DNA of 64,000 bases from Verrucomicrobiales bacterium. GTDB taxonomy: Bacteria; Verrucomicrobiota; Verrucomicrobiia; Verrucomicrobiales; V1-33. The translations under genes were made by a program, and so were the position numbers. A model generated the notes under the pieces. The model was not told where the DNA came from, did not search any database, and saw only the letters and a program-made list of their open reading frames with translations. Of this stretch, positions 37,421-48,165 are shown piece after piece. Numbering within the stretch: the stretch's first letter is position 1; the number at the start of each line of letters is the position of its first letter. The DNA lies in the NCBI GenBank assembly GCA_031411295.1, contig JANOAV010000072.1, positions 1 to 64,000 on the forward strand, in the 5' to 3' direction.

Positions 37421-38014
37421 TCACAACTCCCGCACCCAAAACGTCAGGAGCTTGGCCGACTCTGTTTCCTCACCAATTTCCTTCCAGGTAAACGTCGTCT
37501 GCAGTTCCGGATGCCGCACAAACCCTTGCGCCTGCCAGAAGCTGTCCAGCGGACGATAATCAGAGGGTCGCAGCGGATGATCCACGGGGCGATCCACCGC
37601 GCAGAAGGCGCATCGTTTGATACCCGACAAACTCCTGGCATGAGCCAGCCGCCGCCGCATAAACTCCTTTCCCACACCGTGCCCACGATACTCCGGCAGC
37701 AAAATGCTTTCGCCAAAATAGCAGATTTCACTGAGATCGTATCCCGCGTGGACAAACGGCGCTTGAAACTCCGGCCCCTCTTCGGCCATGGGCATACAGG
37801 TGGTGGCACCCACGGCCCGACTTCCGTCATACGCCAGCACCACCAAACTGTGGGGACACTGCACATAAGTTTGCAAGTAATCACGTTCATACTCCAGCGC
37901 GCCATCATAAAGATAGGGGAACTCGCGAAAGACCGCAATTCGCAACCCACCCAGCGCATCGACATGCGGGGTCAGTTCGAAGCCAGAACACGGGACATAT
38001 TGCAGCTCAGCCAT
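37421..38014 (-). CDS. GNAT-family N-acetyltransferase
   Basis: LRIAVFREFPYLYDG, YFGESILLPEYRGHGVG (acetyl-CoA motif A). Confidence 0.88.
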   Translation of the reverse strand: MAELQYVPCSGFELTPHVDALGGLRIAVFREFPYLYDGALEYERDYLQTYVQCPHSLVVLAYDGSRAVGATTCMPMAEEGPEFQAPFVHAGYDLSEICYFGESILLPEYRGHGVGKEFMRRRLAHARSLSGIKRCAFCAVDRPVDHPLRPSDYRPLDSFWQAQGFVRHPELQTTFTWKEIGEETESAKLLTFWVREL

Positions 38015-38070
38015 GGCTCCACCGTGGGGCGCTGGGGATGATTGGCAACCAAGATTTCGTCGCCTGCGGG

Positions 38071-39240
38071 CTAGCCATTCCCGCTGGACAATTGATCGTC
38101 ACCCCGGCTGGGCACTAGCGAAGGACGACCGACGATAAGTGGGTCCACGGAACCGATCCGCTCCAGGTTCTTCTTTCCGTAGGGCAGGCGATGCAGCAGG
38201 TAGCGCATCGCATTAAGCCGGGCGCGCTTTTTACAGTCGGATTTGATGACCGTCCACGGGGCGTCGGAGGTATCGCAATGGAGGAACATGGCTTCCTTGG
38301 CCCGGGTGTAGGCGTCCCACTTGTCCAGTGAGGCCAGATCGATGGGACTAAGTTTCCATTGTTTCAGCGGGTGAGCCTGGCGTTCTTTGAAGCGCCTCCG
38401 TTGCTCATTGCGACTAACGGAGAACCAGAATTTGAACAAATGCACGCCGCTGCGCACCAGGCTGCGTTCAAACTCCGGGGCCTGCCGCATGAATTCGTCG
38501 TATTCCGCATCGGTGCAGAAACCCATGACGCGCTCCACCCCGGTGCGATTATACCAACTGCGGTCGAACAAGACAATTTCTCCCTTGGTCGGCAGGTGGG
38601 AAATGTAGCGTTGGAAATACCATTGCCCGCGTTCCACTTCGTTGGGTTTCTCCAACGCCACCACCCGCGCGCCCCGGGGATTGAGGTGCTCCATGAATCG
38701 CTTTATCGCGCCACCCTTGCCTGCGGCATCGCGACCCTCAAAAAGAATCACCACCCGCTGACCGGTTTCCTTGACCCAAGCCTGGAGTTTCAAGAGTTCG
38801 ACTTGCAGCTTATACTTCTGCTGTTCGTAATTCTTGCGGGAAAGTAAATTCAGGTAGGGATAAGTCCCCTCCCGCCAGCCTGGGGCAAGCTCCAAATCGG
38901 GATCGTTGGTGGGTCCCGCCGCCGCTGGCGGGGAGAATAGGGCGCGTCGCAGGGCTTTGACTTCATCGGGTGAAGCTCCGGCCAGGAGGGCCTTCATTTG
39001 CTCCAGCGGTTCTCCCGTAGGTTCCCCGGCGGCATGGCGGGCGAGCAGGTTGCTCAGCGTCATTTCCTGCTGCGTGTGCGCGCGGGCACTGGCCTTGGCG
39101 ATGACGTGTTGCTTGATGCCGACGGCGGAAATGACGTCTGCGGTATCGCCCGATGCAGCTTTGCGTGGGGCGCTGGGCCTGCTGACCGCTTTCTTGGCTT
39201 TGACTTTGCGAACGTTAGGAGAGGTTGGTTTCGAGGGCAT
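38071..39240 (-). CDS. ppk2: Polyphosphate kinase 2
   Basis: FEGRDAAGKGG, WYFQRY, FDRSWYNR, KWKLSP-like QWKLSPID, KKRAR. Confidence 0.95.
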   Translation of the reverse strand: MPSKPTSPNVRKVKAKKAVSRPSAPRKAASGDTADVISAVGIKQHVIAKASARAHTQQEMTLSNLLARHAAGEPTGEPLEQMKALLAGASPDEVKALRRALFSPPAAAGPTNDPDLELAPGWREGTYPYLNLLSRKNYEQQKYKLQVELLKLQAWVKETGQRVVILFEGRDAAGKGGAIKRFMEHLNPRGARVVALEKPNEVERGQWYFQRYISHLPTKGEIVLFDRSWYNRTGVERVMGFCTDAEYDEFMRQAPEFERSLVRSGVHLFKFWFSVSRNEQRRRFKERQAHPLKQWKLSPIDLASLDKWDAYTRAKEAMFLHCDTSDAPWTVIKSDCKKRARLNAMRYLLHRLPYGKKNLERIGSVDPLIVGRPSLVPSRGDDQLSSGNG

Positions 39241-39438
39241 AAGAATGGATCAGGTGGTGGAACAGCAGGCACGCTGTCGGAGGCGTAATATGTCACAATT
39301 CCGTCACATTTCCAAGGGTATCTTCCCATTCTGCTTAGCATCAACATGTGGGGCTTAACCTTGGTAACCATGCGGTTGACCGATTGAGATTAGAATCTGA
39401 CGGTAGGGAGCAATCTTCCAACTCACACTCCGCCTAAC

Positions 39439-39915
39439 ATGCTCCCCATTGATCCCCAAGTCCGCATCGGCCACGTGCATTTAAAAGTGGCGGATCTTGA
39501 GCTTGCGCTGGGGTTTTGGCGGGATGTGCTGGGGTTTACCGTCACGCAGCGTCTGGGGCCGCAGGCGGCATTTCTTTCCGCAGGTGGATATCATCACCAC
39601 ATCGGGCTCAATACTTGGGAAAGTGCTGGCGGCCCGCCGCCTCGCACCGGAACCACCGGACTCTATCATGTGGCCATTTTGTATCCCACCCGGGCCTTGC
39701 TGGCGGATGCCTTGCGGCGCGTGATGCAGGCGGGAATTCCGTTGGATGGGGCGGCCGATCATGGAGTTAGTGAAGCCATTTATTTGCGGGATCCCGATGG
39801 CAACGGGGTGGAACTTTACTGGGATCGACCAGACCAGCAATGGCCCCGGACGGCGGATGGAAGTCTCCAAATGTTCACGCACGCCTTGGATCTCGCGGAC
39901 TTGCTCAAATATTAA
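39439..39915 (+). CDS. VOC/glyoxalase family protein (CatE-like)
   Basis: IGHVHLKV, GGYHHHIGLNTW, GLYHVAI, DHGVSEAIYLRDPDGNGVELY. Confidence 0.9.
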   Translation: MLPIDPQVRIGHVHLKVADLELALGFWRDVLGFTVTQRLGPQAAFLSAGGYHHHIGLNTWESAGGPPPRTGTTGLYHVAILYPTRALLADALRRVMQAGIPLDGAADHGVSEAIYLRDPDGNGVELYWDRPDQQWPRTADGSLQMFTHALDLADLLKY

Positions 39916-40049
39916 TTGCCGAACTGTGCGAAGAGAATGTTCCAACATGCGGGGGATTTTCCTAGCCGGGGTCGGGGATCAGGTGCTAGAAATAGCGCTG
40001 CGTTCTGTAATCGCTTAAATTAAGATCACCTCTAACTGTAAAAAATTAT

Positions 40050-40790
40050 ATGACCTGGCTCTTTGAACCGCATAACACGATCTTTACGATTGCCTTCGTG
40101 GTTATGCTTTGCTTTGCGATTCTGGAAATTCTCAGTTTGCTTTTAGGACTGGGGATTTCCGAGTGGTTGCACGATCTGCTGCCGCATGGGGGTGATTCCA
40201 GTGGGGAAGTCGGGATGGATGCCCATGCTCATGTCGATGTGGATGGTTCCCTTGATACGCAGCTGGAGTCCGGGATGGGGCATGATGGTAATATTGGCAT
40301 GATGCATAGCCTCTTGAATTGGCTGGAAATCGGCAAATTGCCGCTCTTGGTCACGATGAACATTTTCTTCGCAGCCTTCAGTATCACTGGTTTCCTACTG
40401 CAAGGAATCACTATTCTGATCACAGAGGATCGCGCCTTGCCGCCTTGGTTGGCTGCATTGGTGGCTTTTGCGGTAGCGCTGCCTGCGCTCAAGGCGGGAA
40501 ACAAATTGTTCAGCAAGATTTGGCCGCAGGACGAGACGAGCGCAGTGAACCAAGCGGAGTTTATCGGCTGTCATGGAGTCGTGGCGACGGGACTGGCCAC
40601 CTCCGAGCGGGCTGCCGAAGTCAAGTTCGTCGGCCCCCGTGGCGATGTGCATTATTTCATGGCGTTCGCCATCCGGGAGGATTTGCCGCAAGGCACTCCC
40701 ATCGTGGTCGTCGCTAAGCACACCGAAAAACTATCTCATTTTATGGTCATGCGTAACCCCGATCCCCAGGCTGGCGGCTTCAATAAATAA
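40050..40790 (+). CDS. yqiJ: YqiJ-family (NfeD-like OB-fold) membrane partner of flotillin
   Basis: TM helices with His/Asp-rich loop, WLEIGKLPLLV, DETSAV..FIG; directly upstream of flotillin. Confidence 0.8.
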   Translation: MTWLFEPHNTIFTIAFVVMLCFAILEILSLLLGLGISEWLHDLLPHGGDSSGEVGMDAHAHVDVDGSLDTQLESGMGHDGNIGMMHSLLNWLEIGKLPLLVTMNIFFAAFSITGFLLQGITILITEDRALPPWLAALVAFAVALPALKAGNKLFSKIWPQDETSAVNQAEFIGCHGVVATGLATSERAAEVKFVGPRGDVHYFMAFAIREDLPQGTPIVVVAKHTEKLSHFMVMRNPDPQAGGFNK

Positions 40791-40816
40791 TTATCTATCA
40801 CTAAAATAACAAAACT

Positions 40817-42559
40817 ATGATTCAATCCCAACTCACTAACCTGCCAACTTTTCTCGGAGTCGGTCCGCTTGACAGTTTTCTCAACAACTCCGCGCTGTTA
40901 ATCGGGGTGGCAGTTTTCGCCCTGCTCATGATCATGCTCGGCATTGCCTCCCGCTTCTATAAGCGGGCCAGTAAAGAGATGTCCTACGTCCGCACCGGCT
41001 TGGGCGGGCAGAAAGTAGTGGCCGATGGTGGGGCCATTGTGCTGCCAATTTTCCATCAGATTACGCCAGTGAACATGATGACGCTGAGGTTGGTAGTGGA
41101 ACGGAAGAATGAAGAAGCCTTGATCACGTTCGACCGGATTCGCGCAGATGTAAGTGCTGAGTTTTATGTCCGGGTGAGCAAGGACGTAGAAGCCATCGCC
41201 CAGGCTGCGCAGTCCTTCGGTAATAAGACCCTGAACCCACATGAACTCAAGGAGTTGCTGCAAGGTAAGTTTGTGGATGCGCTGCGCTCCGTGGCCGCCC
41301 AGATGGACATGCAGACGCTGCATGAGAAGCGCGTGGACTTCGTGCAATCCGTGCAAACTACGGTGGCGGAGGATTTGGCCAAAAACGGACTCGAATTGGA
41401 AGCGGTTTCGCTCACTGGCTTCGACCAAACCAGCATTGATTACTTCAACGCCAGCAATAGTTTCGATGCCCAGGGCTTGGCTAACATTGCTAAGATTACC
41501 GAAGCCAAGCGCGAAGAACGGAATCGGATCGAACAGGAGACGCGGATCCAGATTGAGCAGAAAAACCTCGAAGCAGAGCGCAAATCGCTCACGATTAAGC
41601 AGGAGGGTGAATTTGCCAGACTGGAACAGGAGAAGGCCATCTCCACCTTGCGGGCGGAACAGGAATCGCAGGTGAAGACAGAGCAATCCCGTCGGCGGCG
41701 GGAAGCTGAAGAAGCGGAGATTCTGGCCCAGAAGCAAGTGGCCATGCAGATGATCAATAAGGAGCGCGAAATCGAAGCGGGCAACATTGATAAAGAGAAG
41801 CAGATTCAAATGACCGACATTCTGCGGCTGCAAGCGGTGCAACTGGCAGAACAAGAATCCGCCGTAACCGTCGCCAATAAAAGTGAGGAAAAGTCGAAAG
41901 CCGAAGCCAATGCTGCGATCGCTATGGCCGAGAAGGTGAAGAACGAAGAAAACGTTGTTACGGTGAAACGTCTGGCGGAAGCCAACCGAGCCAAGGAAGT
42001 GGAAGTCATCAAGGCAAGGGAAGACGCCGAAAAGAGCGCCACGCGGATTACGCTGGCCGCTGAAGCGGAGAAAACGGCTGCCATGGACATGGCTGAGGCC
42101 AAACTAACCACAGCCCGTGCTGAGGCGGAGGCCATCATCATTCGGGCCGAAGCGGATCACAAACGCTTTGAAACTGAGGCGTTTGGTGAACAATCCATCA
42201 ACACCGCCAAGAACCTGCAAAGTGCCGCTACCATGGAGTATGCCTTCAAGCATGCCCTGGCGGAACTGGCACCCGCCATCATTGCCGCCAGCGTGAAACC
42301 GCTCGAAAAAATCGAAAGCATGCGCGTCATCAGCACCAACGGTCCGCTCTTTGGCGGCAGCGGTGGCGGCAGCAGCGATCCTACCGTCACTGCGGCTGGT
42401 GGGAACATGCCAGATCAATTAGTTGGGGCGTTAATGAAACACCGCCTGCAAATGCCCATGATCGATGATTTGCTTAAGCAGTTGGGCATTGATGCGGCCA
42501 ATCCCGCCAAACTCCCCGAAGCCCTAACCACCGAGCGCTTCACCCCGCCGGAGGCGTGA
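40817..42559 (+). CDS. yqiK: Flotillin (SPFH) family protein YqiK
   Basis: N-terminal TM, VRTGLGG, GGAIVLP, FVDALRSVAA, GLELE, EA-rich coiled coil, KPLEKIE. Confidence 0.9.
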   Translation: MIQSQLTNLPTFLGVGPLDSFLNNSALLIGVAVFALLMIMLGIASRFYKRASKEMSYVRTGLGGQKVVADGGAIVLPIFHQITPVNMMTLRLVVERKNEEALITFDRIRADVSAEFYVRVSKDVEAIAQAAQSFGNKTLNPHELKELLQGKFVDALRSVAAQMDMQTLHEKRVDFVQSVQTTVAEDLAKNGLELEAVSLTGFDQTSIDYFNASNSFDAQGLANIAKITEAKREERNRIEQETRIQIEQKNLEAERKSLTIKQEGEFARLEQEKAISTLRAEQESQVKTEQSRRRREAEEAEILAQKQVAMQMINKEREIEAGNIDKEKQIQMTDILRLQAVQLAEQESAVTVANKSEEKSKAEANAAIAMAEKVKNEENVVTVKRLAEANRAKEVEVIKAREDAEKSATRITLAAEAEKTAAMDMAEAKLTTARAEAEAIIIRAEADHKRFETEAFGEQSINTAKNLQSAATMEYAFKHALAELAPAIIAASVKPLEKIESMRVISTNGPLFGGSGGGSSDPTVTAAGGNMPDQLVGALMKHRLQMPMIDDLLKQLGIDAANPAKLPEALTTERFTPPEA

Positions 42560-42623
42560 TGCGGTCGGGCGATTGCTGGAACTTGGGTGCGCTTTGAGGC
42601 TGGCTCGACCTGCGCCTTTCACC

Positions 42624-43538
42624 CTACTTCCCAACTGGCACTCGTTTCACCTGCGTAACCACGAAGCCTTCCTTGCGCAGCAGGGCCACCAGACTTTCTG
42701 CCCCACAGAGGTGGCCGGCTCCTACCAGCATCATGGTGGGCGTCGCTTCAGTTAGCATTTGCTTCACCTTCGGCAGCCAGCGGAGGTTGCGATCCCGCAG
42801 GAGGACCTTTTCCATTTCCGGCAGTTCTGCGAAACTCTCGGTCATGGTTTTGGCCACGACTTCTGTGTCCCCGGCCCGCCAAGCCTCCAGAAGTTTGGCG
42901 AGTTCTTCCTTAGCCTCCTTGGCCTCATGGATTGCCTGCACGACCATTTGATCCTGCATCACCTCGCTGAAACCGCCCAGCAGGCGGAATTGTTCGTCCA
43001 TCGTTTCCAGGCCAGTTCCGAGCTTCTTTTCCTGCTCCAACCGATTCCGGAAATAGACGTCGATCCCCCGGTCGGCCTTCATGCCGGACTCCTCGTAAGC
43101 GTGTTGGGTAATGGTCAGGGCGATCAGCCACGGCTTAAATTGCACCAATCCCGCCAGGGGCACACCTTTCTCCTTGGCCCAATCTTGGAGGATTTTGTAA
43201 GTGTCCGCGCTGAGTTTCTCCTCCAGCTTGCCGTCCTTGATCACGGCATATTTCATCAGGGCCGGCTGCGCCTTGGCCGGGTCCATTTCGTCCGGTGGAA
43301 CTTCCATGACCACGCGCTGGCTTTGTTTGAAGGCAGTTTCGTAGGCTGCCGGCAGCGGGAAATCCTGCTCTTGCATCAGGTGAACCGATCCGCAAAGGAA
43401 CATGGGGGCTTTGCCACCTTCGACTTTGAAAACAATCCCTTGGGAGACGGGCTTGCTGGCGTCCTGCGCAGGAAGCAGGACGGGCAGAGCCGAAACGGAC
43501 AAAACGGACAACGAGAGTGCACGGAACAGTTTCATCAT
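42624..43538 (-). CDS. TraB/GumN (TIKI) family protein
   Basis: Signal peptide; LCGSVH, KPW, GID, GLETMDEQF, DRNLRW, VGAGHL. Confidence 0.88.
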   Translation of the reverse strand: MMKLFRALSLSVLSVSALPVLLPAQDASKPVSQGIVFKVEGGKAPMFLCGSVHLMQEQDFPLPAAYETAFKQSQRVVMEVPPDEMDPAKAQPALMKYAVIKDGKLEEKLSADTYKILQDWAKEKGVPLAGLVQFKPWLIALTITQHAYEESGMKADRGIDVYFRNRLEQEKKLGTGLETMDEQFRLLGGFSEVMQDQMVVQAIHEAKEAKEELAKLLEAWRAGDTEVVAKTMTESFAELPEMEKVLLRDRNLRWLPKVKQMLTEATPTMMLVGAGHLCGAESLVALLRKEGFVVTQVKRVPVGK

Positions 43539-43562
43539 GGCAAGTATGGCGCATATTGGGAA

Positions 43563-43988
43563 ATGCCGAGCGAAATTATTGTCCCACCTCCCTGGTCCTG
43601 TTTGCTGGCCCGGATGTTGTATCATCGGGCCTTCACCTGGGCCTGCAGCTTGTTGTCGCTGGCATTGTTGAGCGCCCGCATGATGCAGGTCACGCTGCCG
43701 ACGTGTCCCCTCAAGCAATGGAGCGGTCGGCCGTGTCCCACCTGCGGACTCACCAGCAGTGCTTGGAGCACACTGCATGGTCAGTGGCGGGAAGCGTTTC
43801 GTTTCCACTGGTTCGGTCCGGTGCTTCTGTTGCTAGGTCTGGCAATGCTGGTCAGCAGCGCCCTCCCGACGGAGCCCAGGCGACGGTTGGTCGCCTGGCT
43901 GACGCGTTGGGAGATGCGGACCCGCAGCGGGTGGATCCTGCTGGGGGCATTTGTTGCGTATGGAATAGGTCGGTTGGTCGTGGCCTAA
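43563..43988 (+). CDS. DUF2752 membrane protein
   Basis: CPLKQWSGRPCPTCGLT motif with flanking TM helices; start uncertain. Confidence 0.75.
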   Translation: MPSEIIVPPPWSCLLARMLYHRAFTWACSLLSLALLSARMMQVTLPTCPLKQWSGRPCPTCGLTSSAWSTLHGQWREAFRFHWFGPVLLLLGLAMLVSSALPTEPRRRLVAWLTRWEMRTRSGWILLGAFVAYGIGRLVVA

Positions 43989-44132
43989 TCAGCTACCGCA
44001 GCAGCAGAATCGTCACATTCCAGCTACCATCGAACGTCGCGCCTTTCGAATCACCCGAAACGCGTGTGTCTGTTAAAAATCCTTTGGGAGCACGGCACTC
44101 GCCTGTAGAGTGAACGGCGTCGAACGCTCACC

Positions 44133-46814
44133 ATGAAAACTCTTTACGCTTCAATCATTGGCAAAGTATCCCTCGCTGGGTCTAGACCAGTCCACGAGCT
44201 TAACCGGCAGATGCTTACTTTTCTTATGCTAATGTTTCTTAATCGGTCCACATCAGCTCAGGCGGCAGCGCTGGAGTTTAGCAATCCAGCGGGGGTCGTG
44301 CTGGGAGCAAGTGGCGGAGCCCCCAGTCCCTCTTTAGTAACAGTTAGCGGGATAGCCGATGCTGTGGCATCCGTGCGGGTGAAACTGAATGGGGTCACGC
44401 ATCCCGAGCCAATGGATTTGGACATTTTTCTGGTGAGTCCCACTGGAAGGGTGGCCGCCCTTATGTCCGATGGAGGAGGTGATGGGTTGCATCCCATGGA
44501 TAATGTGAACCTGGTCTTGGATGACCGTGCCGCTTTGGTGCTGCCGTATGGTGGGGCCACGCCCAGCGGCAGTTATCGGCCAGTGGACAATGAGCCTGGG
44601 GAGCCTCCACCCGCTGCTACCACCGGACCAATCGGAACAAATCTAACGGCGTTGGTCAATGGAGGGGTGAATGGGGTGTGGAAATTGTATGTCAGCAATG
44701 ACCGTCAGCTTTTCACAGGTTCCCTTACTTCGTGGGCTTTGGTTATTGAGACTGGTTCCCCTACGCCGAGGTTGCTGGTGGAACAGAGACCCGGAGCACC
44801 ACTATCGGATGGAGCTTTAGTGGATTTCACTGATCTGCCGATCGGGACCACGGCGGATCTTGAATTTAGCGTTACCAATCTGGGAAACGCTGCTCTGAAA
44901 TTTTCCAACACACCGAAAGTGGCGCTCAGCGGCGTTGATGCGGGCAGCTTTACCATTTCCACCCTGCCCTCCTCCCCAGTCAGCCCGGATGGAGGACGCA
45001 CTACCTTTACGGTTCGGTTCTCTCCCATTACGGCCGGAGCGAAGAGTGCGATGGTGTCTTTGCTCACCAACGACGCAGAGCGCGATCCTTTCCGGATTAA
45101 GCTCCATGGTGTCGGCGGACAAACCCAGATTCTGCATTCCTTTCGCGATGGAACCTATTTGAATGACGTGAGTTATCCCGATGGTCCTTTGGCGGTCGGG
45201 GGCACCACACTCTATGGCGGGGGCACCGCAGCGGGGGCAGGTTCTGGCAATGGAGGCATTTATAAAATGAACACCGATGGCACTGGATACGCCGTGCTGC
45301 ACAGCTTCAGTGGCGGCACCGGAGATGGCAGCCGACCTCATACCGGAGTTAACCTCTCCGGTTCAACGCTTTACGGTATGACCCTTTACGGTGGCGCTGG
45401 TTCCACGATTGGCAATATTGGGCCAGGCACGATTTTCAAAATGACCACAACCGGAGCCAGCTGTTCCCTGCTTCATGTCTTCAGTGAAGGGTCGGCTAGT
45501 GGTGGAGGACTTACATTAGTGGGGGCCAATCTCTATGGCGTGCAAGCGGGAGCTGCTCAGAATGGATTGGATATGTTTTCCCTGACCACCAGTGGCACGG
45601 GATTCGTGAAAACGCATCATTTTCCACAAGGTAACTACAGCAGCCATCTGGAGGGCCCGTTAGTGCCCGTGGGCGGCAGCTTCTATGGCGTAATGTATGC
45701 CGATGGCACCCATGATAGTGGCACCATATTCAAAATCAATGCCAATGGCACGGGCTACGTGATGCTGCATGATTTTGCAGGCGGATCAGATGGTTCGCTA
45801 CCTGTCGGCGGACTCACTCTCAGTGGCACTGCGCTCTACGGGTTCACCACCAGTGGGGGAGCAAGCGATAAGGGAACCCTCTTCAAAATTAACACCGATG
45901 GCACGGGCTATCAAGTGCTGTTGAACTTTGACGATGTAATCACGTTTGGATTTTATCCGGTTGGGCCTCCTCTGGTCTTTGGTGGTAAAATCTACGGCAT
46001 GACCGACTCAGGCGGCACCGGACTAGTAGGTGAGGGAGTTCTATTTCAAGCTAACCCAGACGGAACCGCTTATCAAATTCTGCATTCTTTTGGAACTCTA
46101 CCCAATGACGCCACCAGGCCTGCCAGCGGTTTGGTAGTCGTGGGGACCACCCTTTACGGCACCACCTATACCGGAGGGGCCACGAACCGGGGAACGATCT
46201 TAAAATTCAATCTCGGAACTCCCCCCGTGATCTATGGAACCACGGTCTATGTGCTCCCCGCCGGCGGCGGGAGCGTCATCGGAGATGGTCCCGCCAGTGC
46301 GGGTGCCACCGTCTCACTGGTAGCGGTCCCCAAGACGGGGTTTGCTTTTGCTGATTGGACGGAGGCGGGTGCGGTCATTGGCACCAACCCCAGTTATAGT
46401 TTTACCTCCACCGCAAGCCGCACATTCACGGCAAATTTCCGCCAGCTGAGCGGGCTAGAAACTTGGCGACTATCTCATTTTGGCGACAGCAATAATACTG
46501 GTAATGGAGCAGACCTCACCGATTTCGACCGCGATGGGCTCGTGAACTTGGTGGAATACGGCTTTGGTTTGGACCCTACCAAACCAGGGGCTTGGCAACT
46601 GCCCGTCGCTCAACGCGTGGGGGGAAACTTCGTGCTGACCTTCACGCAACCTTCCAATATTGGAGGGATCACCTATGGTGCGCAGTATACCATGAGCTTG
46701 AACAGCGGTTGGACCAGCGTTCCAGACACTGGTGGCGGAACGATTCATATCTTTAGTGTTCCCATCGCGTTGCGTGAAAAATTGTTCCTGCGACTCGTAG
46801 TCAGTAGCCCCTAA
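44133..46814 (+). CDS. Large surface protein: P-domain-like + Ig-like (choice-of-anchor D-like) + tandem LYG/LHSF propeller repeats + C-terminal anchor domain
   Basis: DLDIFLVSPTG..NGVWKL; F.VTNLGNAAL; repeated TLYG...GTIFKIN..GTGY..LHSF; WR..HFG...DFDRDG..NL.EY.FG.DP; KLFLRL terminus. Confidence 0.8.
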   Translation: MKTLYASIIGKVSLAGSRPVHELNRQMLTFLMLMFLNRSTSAQAAALEFSNPAGVVLGASGGAPSPSLVTVSGIADAVASVRVKLNGVTHPEPMDLDIFLVSPTGRVAALMSDGGGDGLHPMDNVNLVLDDRAALVLPYGGATPSGSYRPVDNEPGEPPPAATTGPIGTNLTALVNGGVNGVWKLYVSNDRQLFTGSLTSWALVIETGSPTPRLLVEQRPGAPLSDGALVDFTDLPIGTTADLEFSVTNLGNAALKFSNTPKVALSGVDAGSFTISTLPSSPVSPDGGRTTFTVRFSPITAGAKSAMVSLLTNDAERDPFRIKLHGVGGQTQILHSFRDGTYLNDVSYPDGPLAVGGTTLYGGGTAAGAGSGNGGIYKMNTDGTGYAVLHSFSGGTGDGSRPHTGVNLSGSTLYGMTLYGGAGSTIGNIGPGTIFKMTTTGASCSLLHVFSEGSASGGGLTLVGANLYGVQAGAAQNGLDMFSLTTSGTGFVKTHHFPQGNYSSHLEGPLVPVGGSFYGVMYADGTHDSGTIFKINANGTGYVMLHDFAGGSDGSLPVGGLTLSGTALYGFTTSGGASDKGTLFKINTDGTGYQVLLNFDDVITFGFYPVGPPLVFGGKIYGMTDSGGTGLVGEGVLFQANPDGTAYQILHSFGTLPNDATRPASGLVVVGTTLYGTTYTGGATNRGTILKFNLGTPPVIYGTTVYVLPAGGGSVIGDGPASAGATVSLVAVPKTGFAFADWTEAGAVIGTNPSYSFTSTASRTFTANFRQLSGLETWRLSHFGDSNNTGNGADLTDFDRDGLVNLVEYGFGLDPTKPGAWQLPVAQRVGGNFVLTFTQPSNIGGITYGAQYTMSLNSGWTSVPDTGGGTIHIFSVPIALREKLFLRLVVSSP

Positions 46815-46873
46815 ATGCGACTTACCCTTGAGAGCTGCATATCCCGTGGCGCAAGACATTGCTGGTTCCGACT

Positions 46874-47278
46874 TTACTTGCCGGAACGGCAGAGCAGCCC
46901 GCACCAGTGAGCACGCTCGGTCCAGAGGAGATAGAGCGGGGCCAAAGTGATGAGGGCCATCACCGGGGCGGCTTTGCCCAGCATCGCTCCATTAAACAGG
47001 AAGACTTGCACCGCCCAAATGTTTACGATGATCGGACCCAGAATTAATAAGCCAAGATTGCGCGTCCTGGGAATCGCCACCAACAGCCCGCCCAGGACTT
47101 CCAACGCCTTGACCAAGCCGAGGTAGCCCGTGCCGAACATCGCCCCCATAAAGTTGGCTGGTGGAGAGCCCTCGGGCGGCATCGGCTGCGCAGGCATGAA
47201 ATGCAGGAAGAAATCGGCTCCGAAGACGACGAAGAGGAGGCCGAGCAGGCCTCCAGCGATGGTGGGTAGGTGTTTCAT
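46874..47278 (-). CDS. DoxX-family membrane protein
   Basis: 4 TM helices, VKALEVLGGLL, LILGPIIVNI. Confidence 0.75.
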   Translation of the reverse strand: MKHLPTIAGGLLGLLFVVFGADFFLHFMPAQPMPPEGSPPANFMGAMFGTGYLGLVKALEVLGGLLVAIPRTRNLGLLILGPIIVNIWAVQVFLFNGAMLGKAAPVMALITLAPLYLLWTERAHWCGLLCRSGK

Positions 47279-47341
47279 GGATAATTTGGTTTGTTTTGGT
47301 TTTGGTTTGACTAGAAATTAGACTGCAAAGATGAAGAATGT

Positions 47342-48043
47342 TTAAGCGAGATCAAACAGCAAGGCCTCCGCATCCTCCGTGGCCGAGATGGCCAGGGTTC
47401 CAGCATCTTCCGTGCTGACCGCATCGCCTGGTTTCAGGGTGGTCGAGTTGGCTGTCACTTGGCCTTTGATCAACTGCAGCCAAGCCGCCCGACCGCTCGT
47501 TACCTCATGGGTGATGGCTTGACCAGCGGATAGCCGCACGCGGTAAATATCGGCATCCTGATGAATCGTGGCAGATTGCTCCCGCCCATCCGCAGAAATG
47601 ACGAGCACCTTGGGAGCACGGTCGTGCGCTTCGCTCGGGTGCCATTCGGTGTAGCTCGGACGCAGATTTTTCGTCTGCGGATGAATCCAGATTTGCAGCA
47701 AATGTAGTGGTTCTTCCTTGCTGGGATTGAACTCACTGTGCGTCACTCCCGTGCCCGCGCTCATGAGTTGAATCTGACCCGGCAGCAGGACCCGACCATT
47801 GCCCATGCTATCCTTATGGGCGATGGCTCCCGACACCACGTAACTGAAGATTTCCATTTCCCGATGCGGATGCGTGGGGAAACCCGCCCCGGCAGCCACG
47901 ATGTCTTGGTTGATGACCCGCAGCGAACGGAACCCCATAAAGTTAGGGTCGTAGTAGTCGGCAAACGAAAAGGAATGTTGCGTCTGGAGCCAGCCGTGAT
48001 CGGCGTGACCGCGGTCGGATGATTTGCGAAGCGTAAGTTTCAT
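47342..48043 (-). CDS. Pirin-family protein (YhhW-like)
   Basis: HSFSFADYYDP, GFPTHPHREMEI, HKDSMGN, MSAGTGVTHSE, LQIWI. Confidence 0.93.
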   Translation of the reverse strand: MKLTLRKSSDRGHADHGWLQTQHSFSFADYYDPNFMGFRSLRVINQDIVAAGAGFPTHPHREMEIFSYVVSGAIAHKDSMGNGRVLLPGQIQLMSAGTGVTHSEFNPSKEEPLHLLQIWIHPQTKNLRPSYTEWHPSEAHDRAPKVLVISADGREQSATIHQDADIYRVRLSAGQAITHEVTSGRAAWLQLIKGQVTANSTTLKPGDAVSTEDAGTLAISATEDAEALLFDLA

Positions 48044-48138
48044 AAGATAATTGGTTATGGTCTGACAGGACCTAAGTTGATGCTACGATCATGCCCCAAG
48101 CCGGAGCGGGAGTGAAATACTATATTGCTTGACTGACT

Positions 48139-48153
48139 ATACCTGAAAGGTAT
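48139..48153. promoter_or_regulatory. LysR-type binding box ATAC-N7-GTAT in the divergent pirin/lysR promoter
   Basis: ATACCTGAAAGGTAT fits the T-N11-A LTTR rule and the BenM/CatR-type consensus; it overlaps a possible lysR -10 (TATGCT). Confidence 0.7.
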
Positions 48154-48165
48154 GCTCACAGCATC

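Noticed and set aside
37277..38041. 254-aa plus-strand ORF
   Set aside because: It begins inside the palindromic element and is antisense to a clear GNAT gene; a shadow ORF.
42759..43562. N-terminal part of the 409-aa plus-strand ORF
   Set aside because: Antisense shadow of the TraB/GumN gene; only the DUF2752 part from about 43563 is credible.
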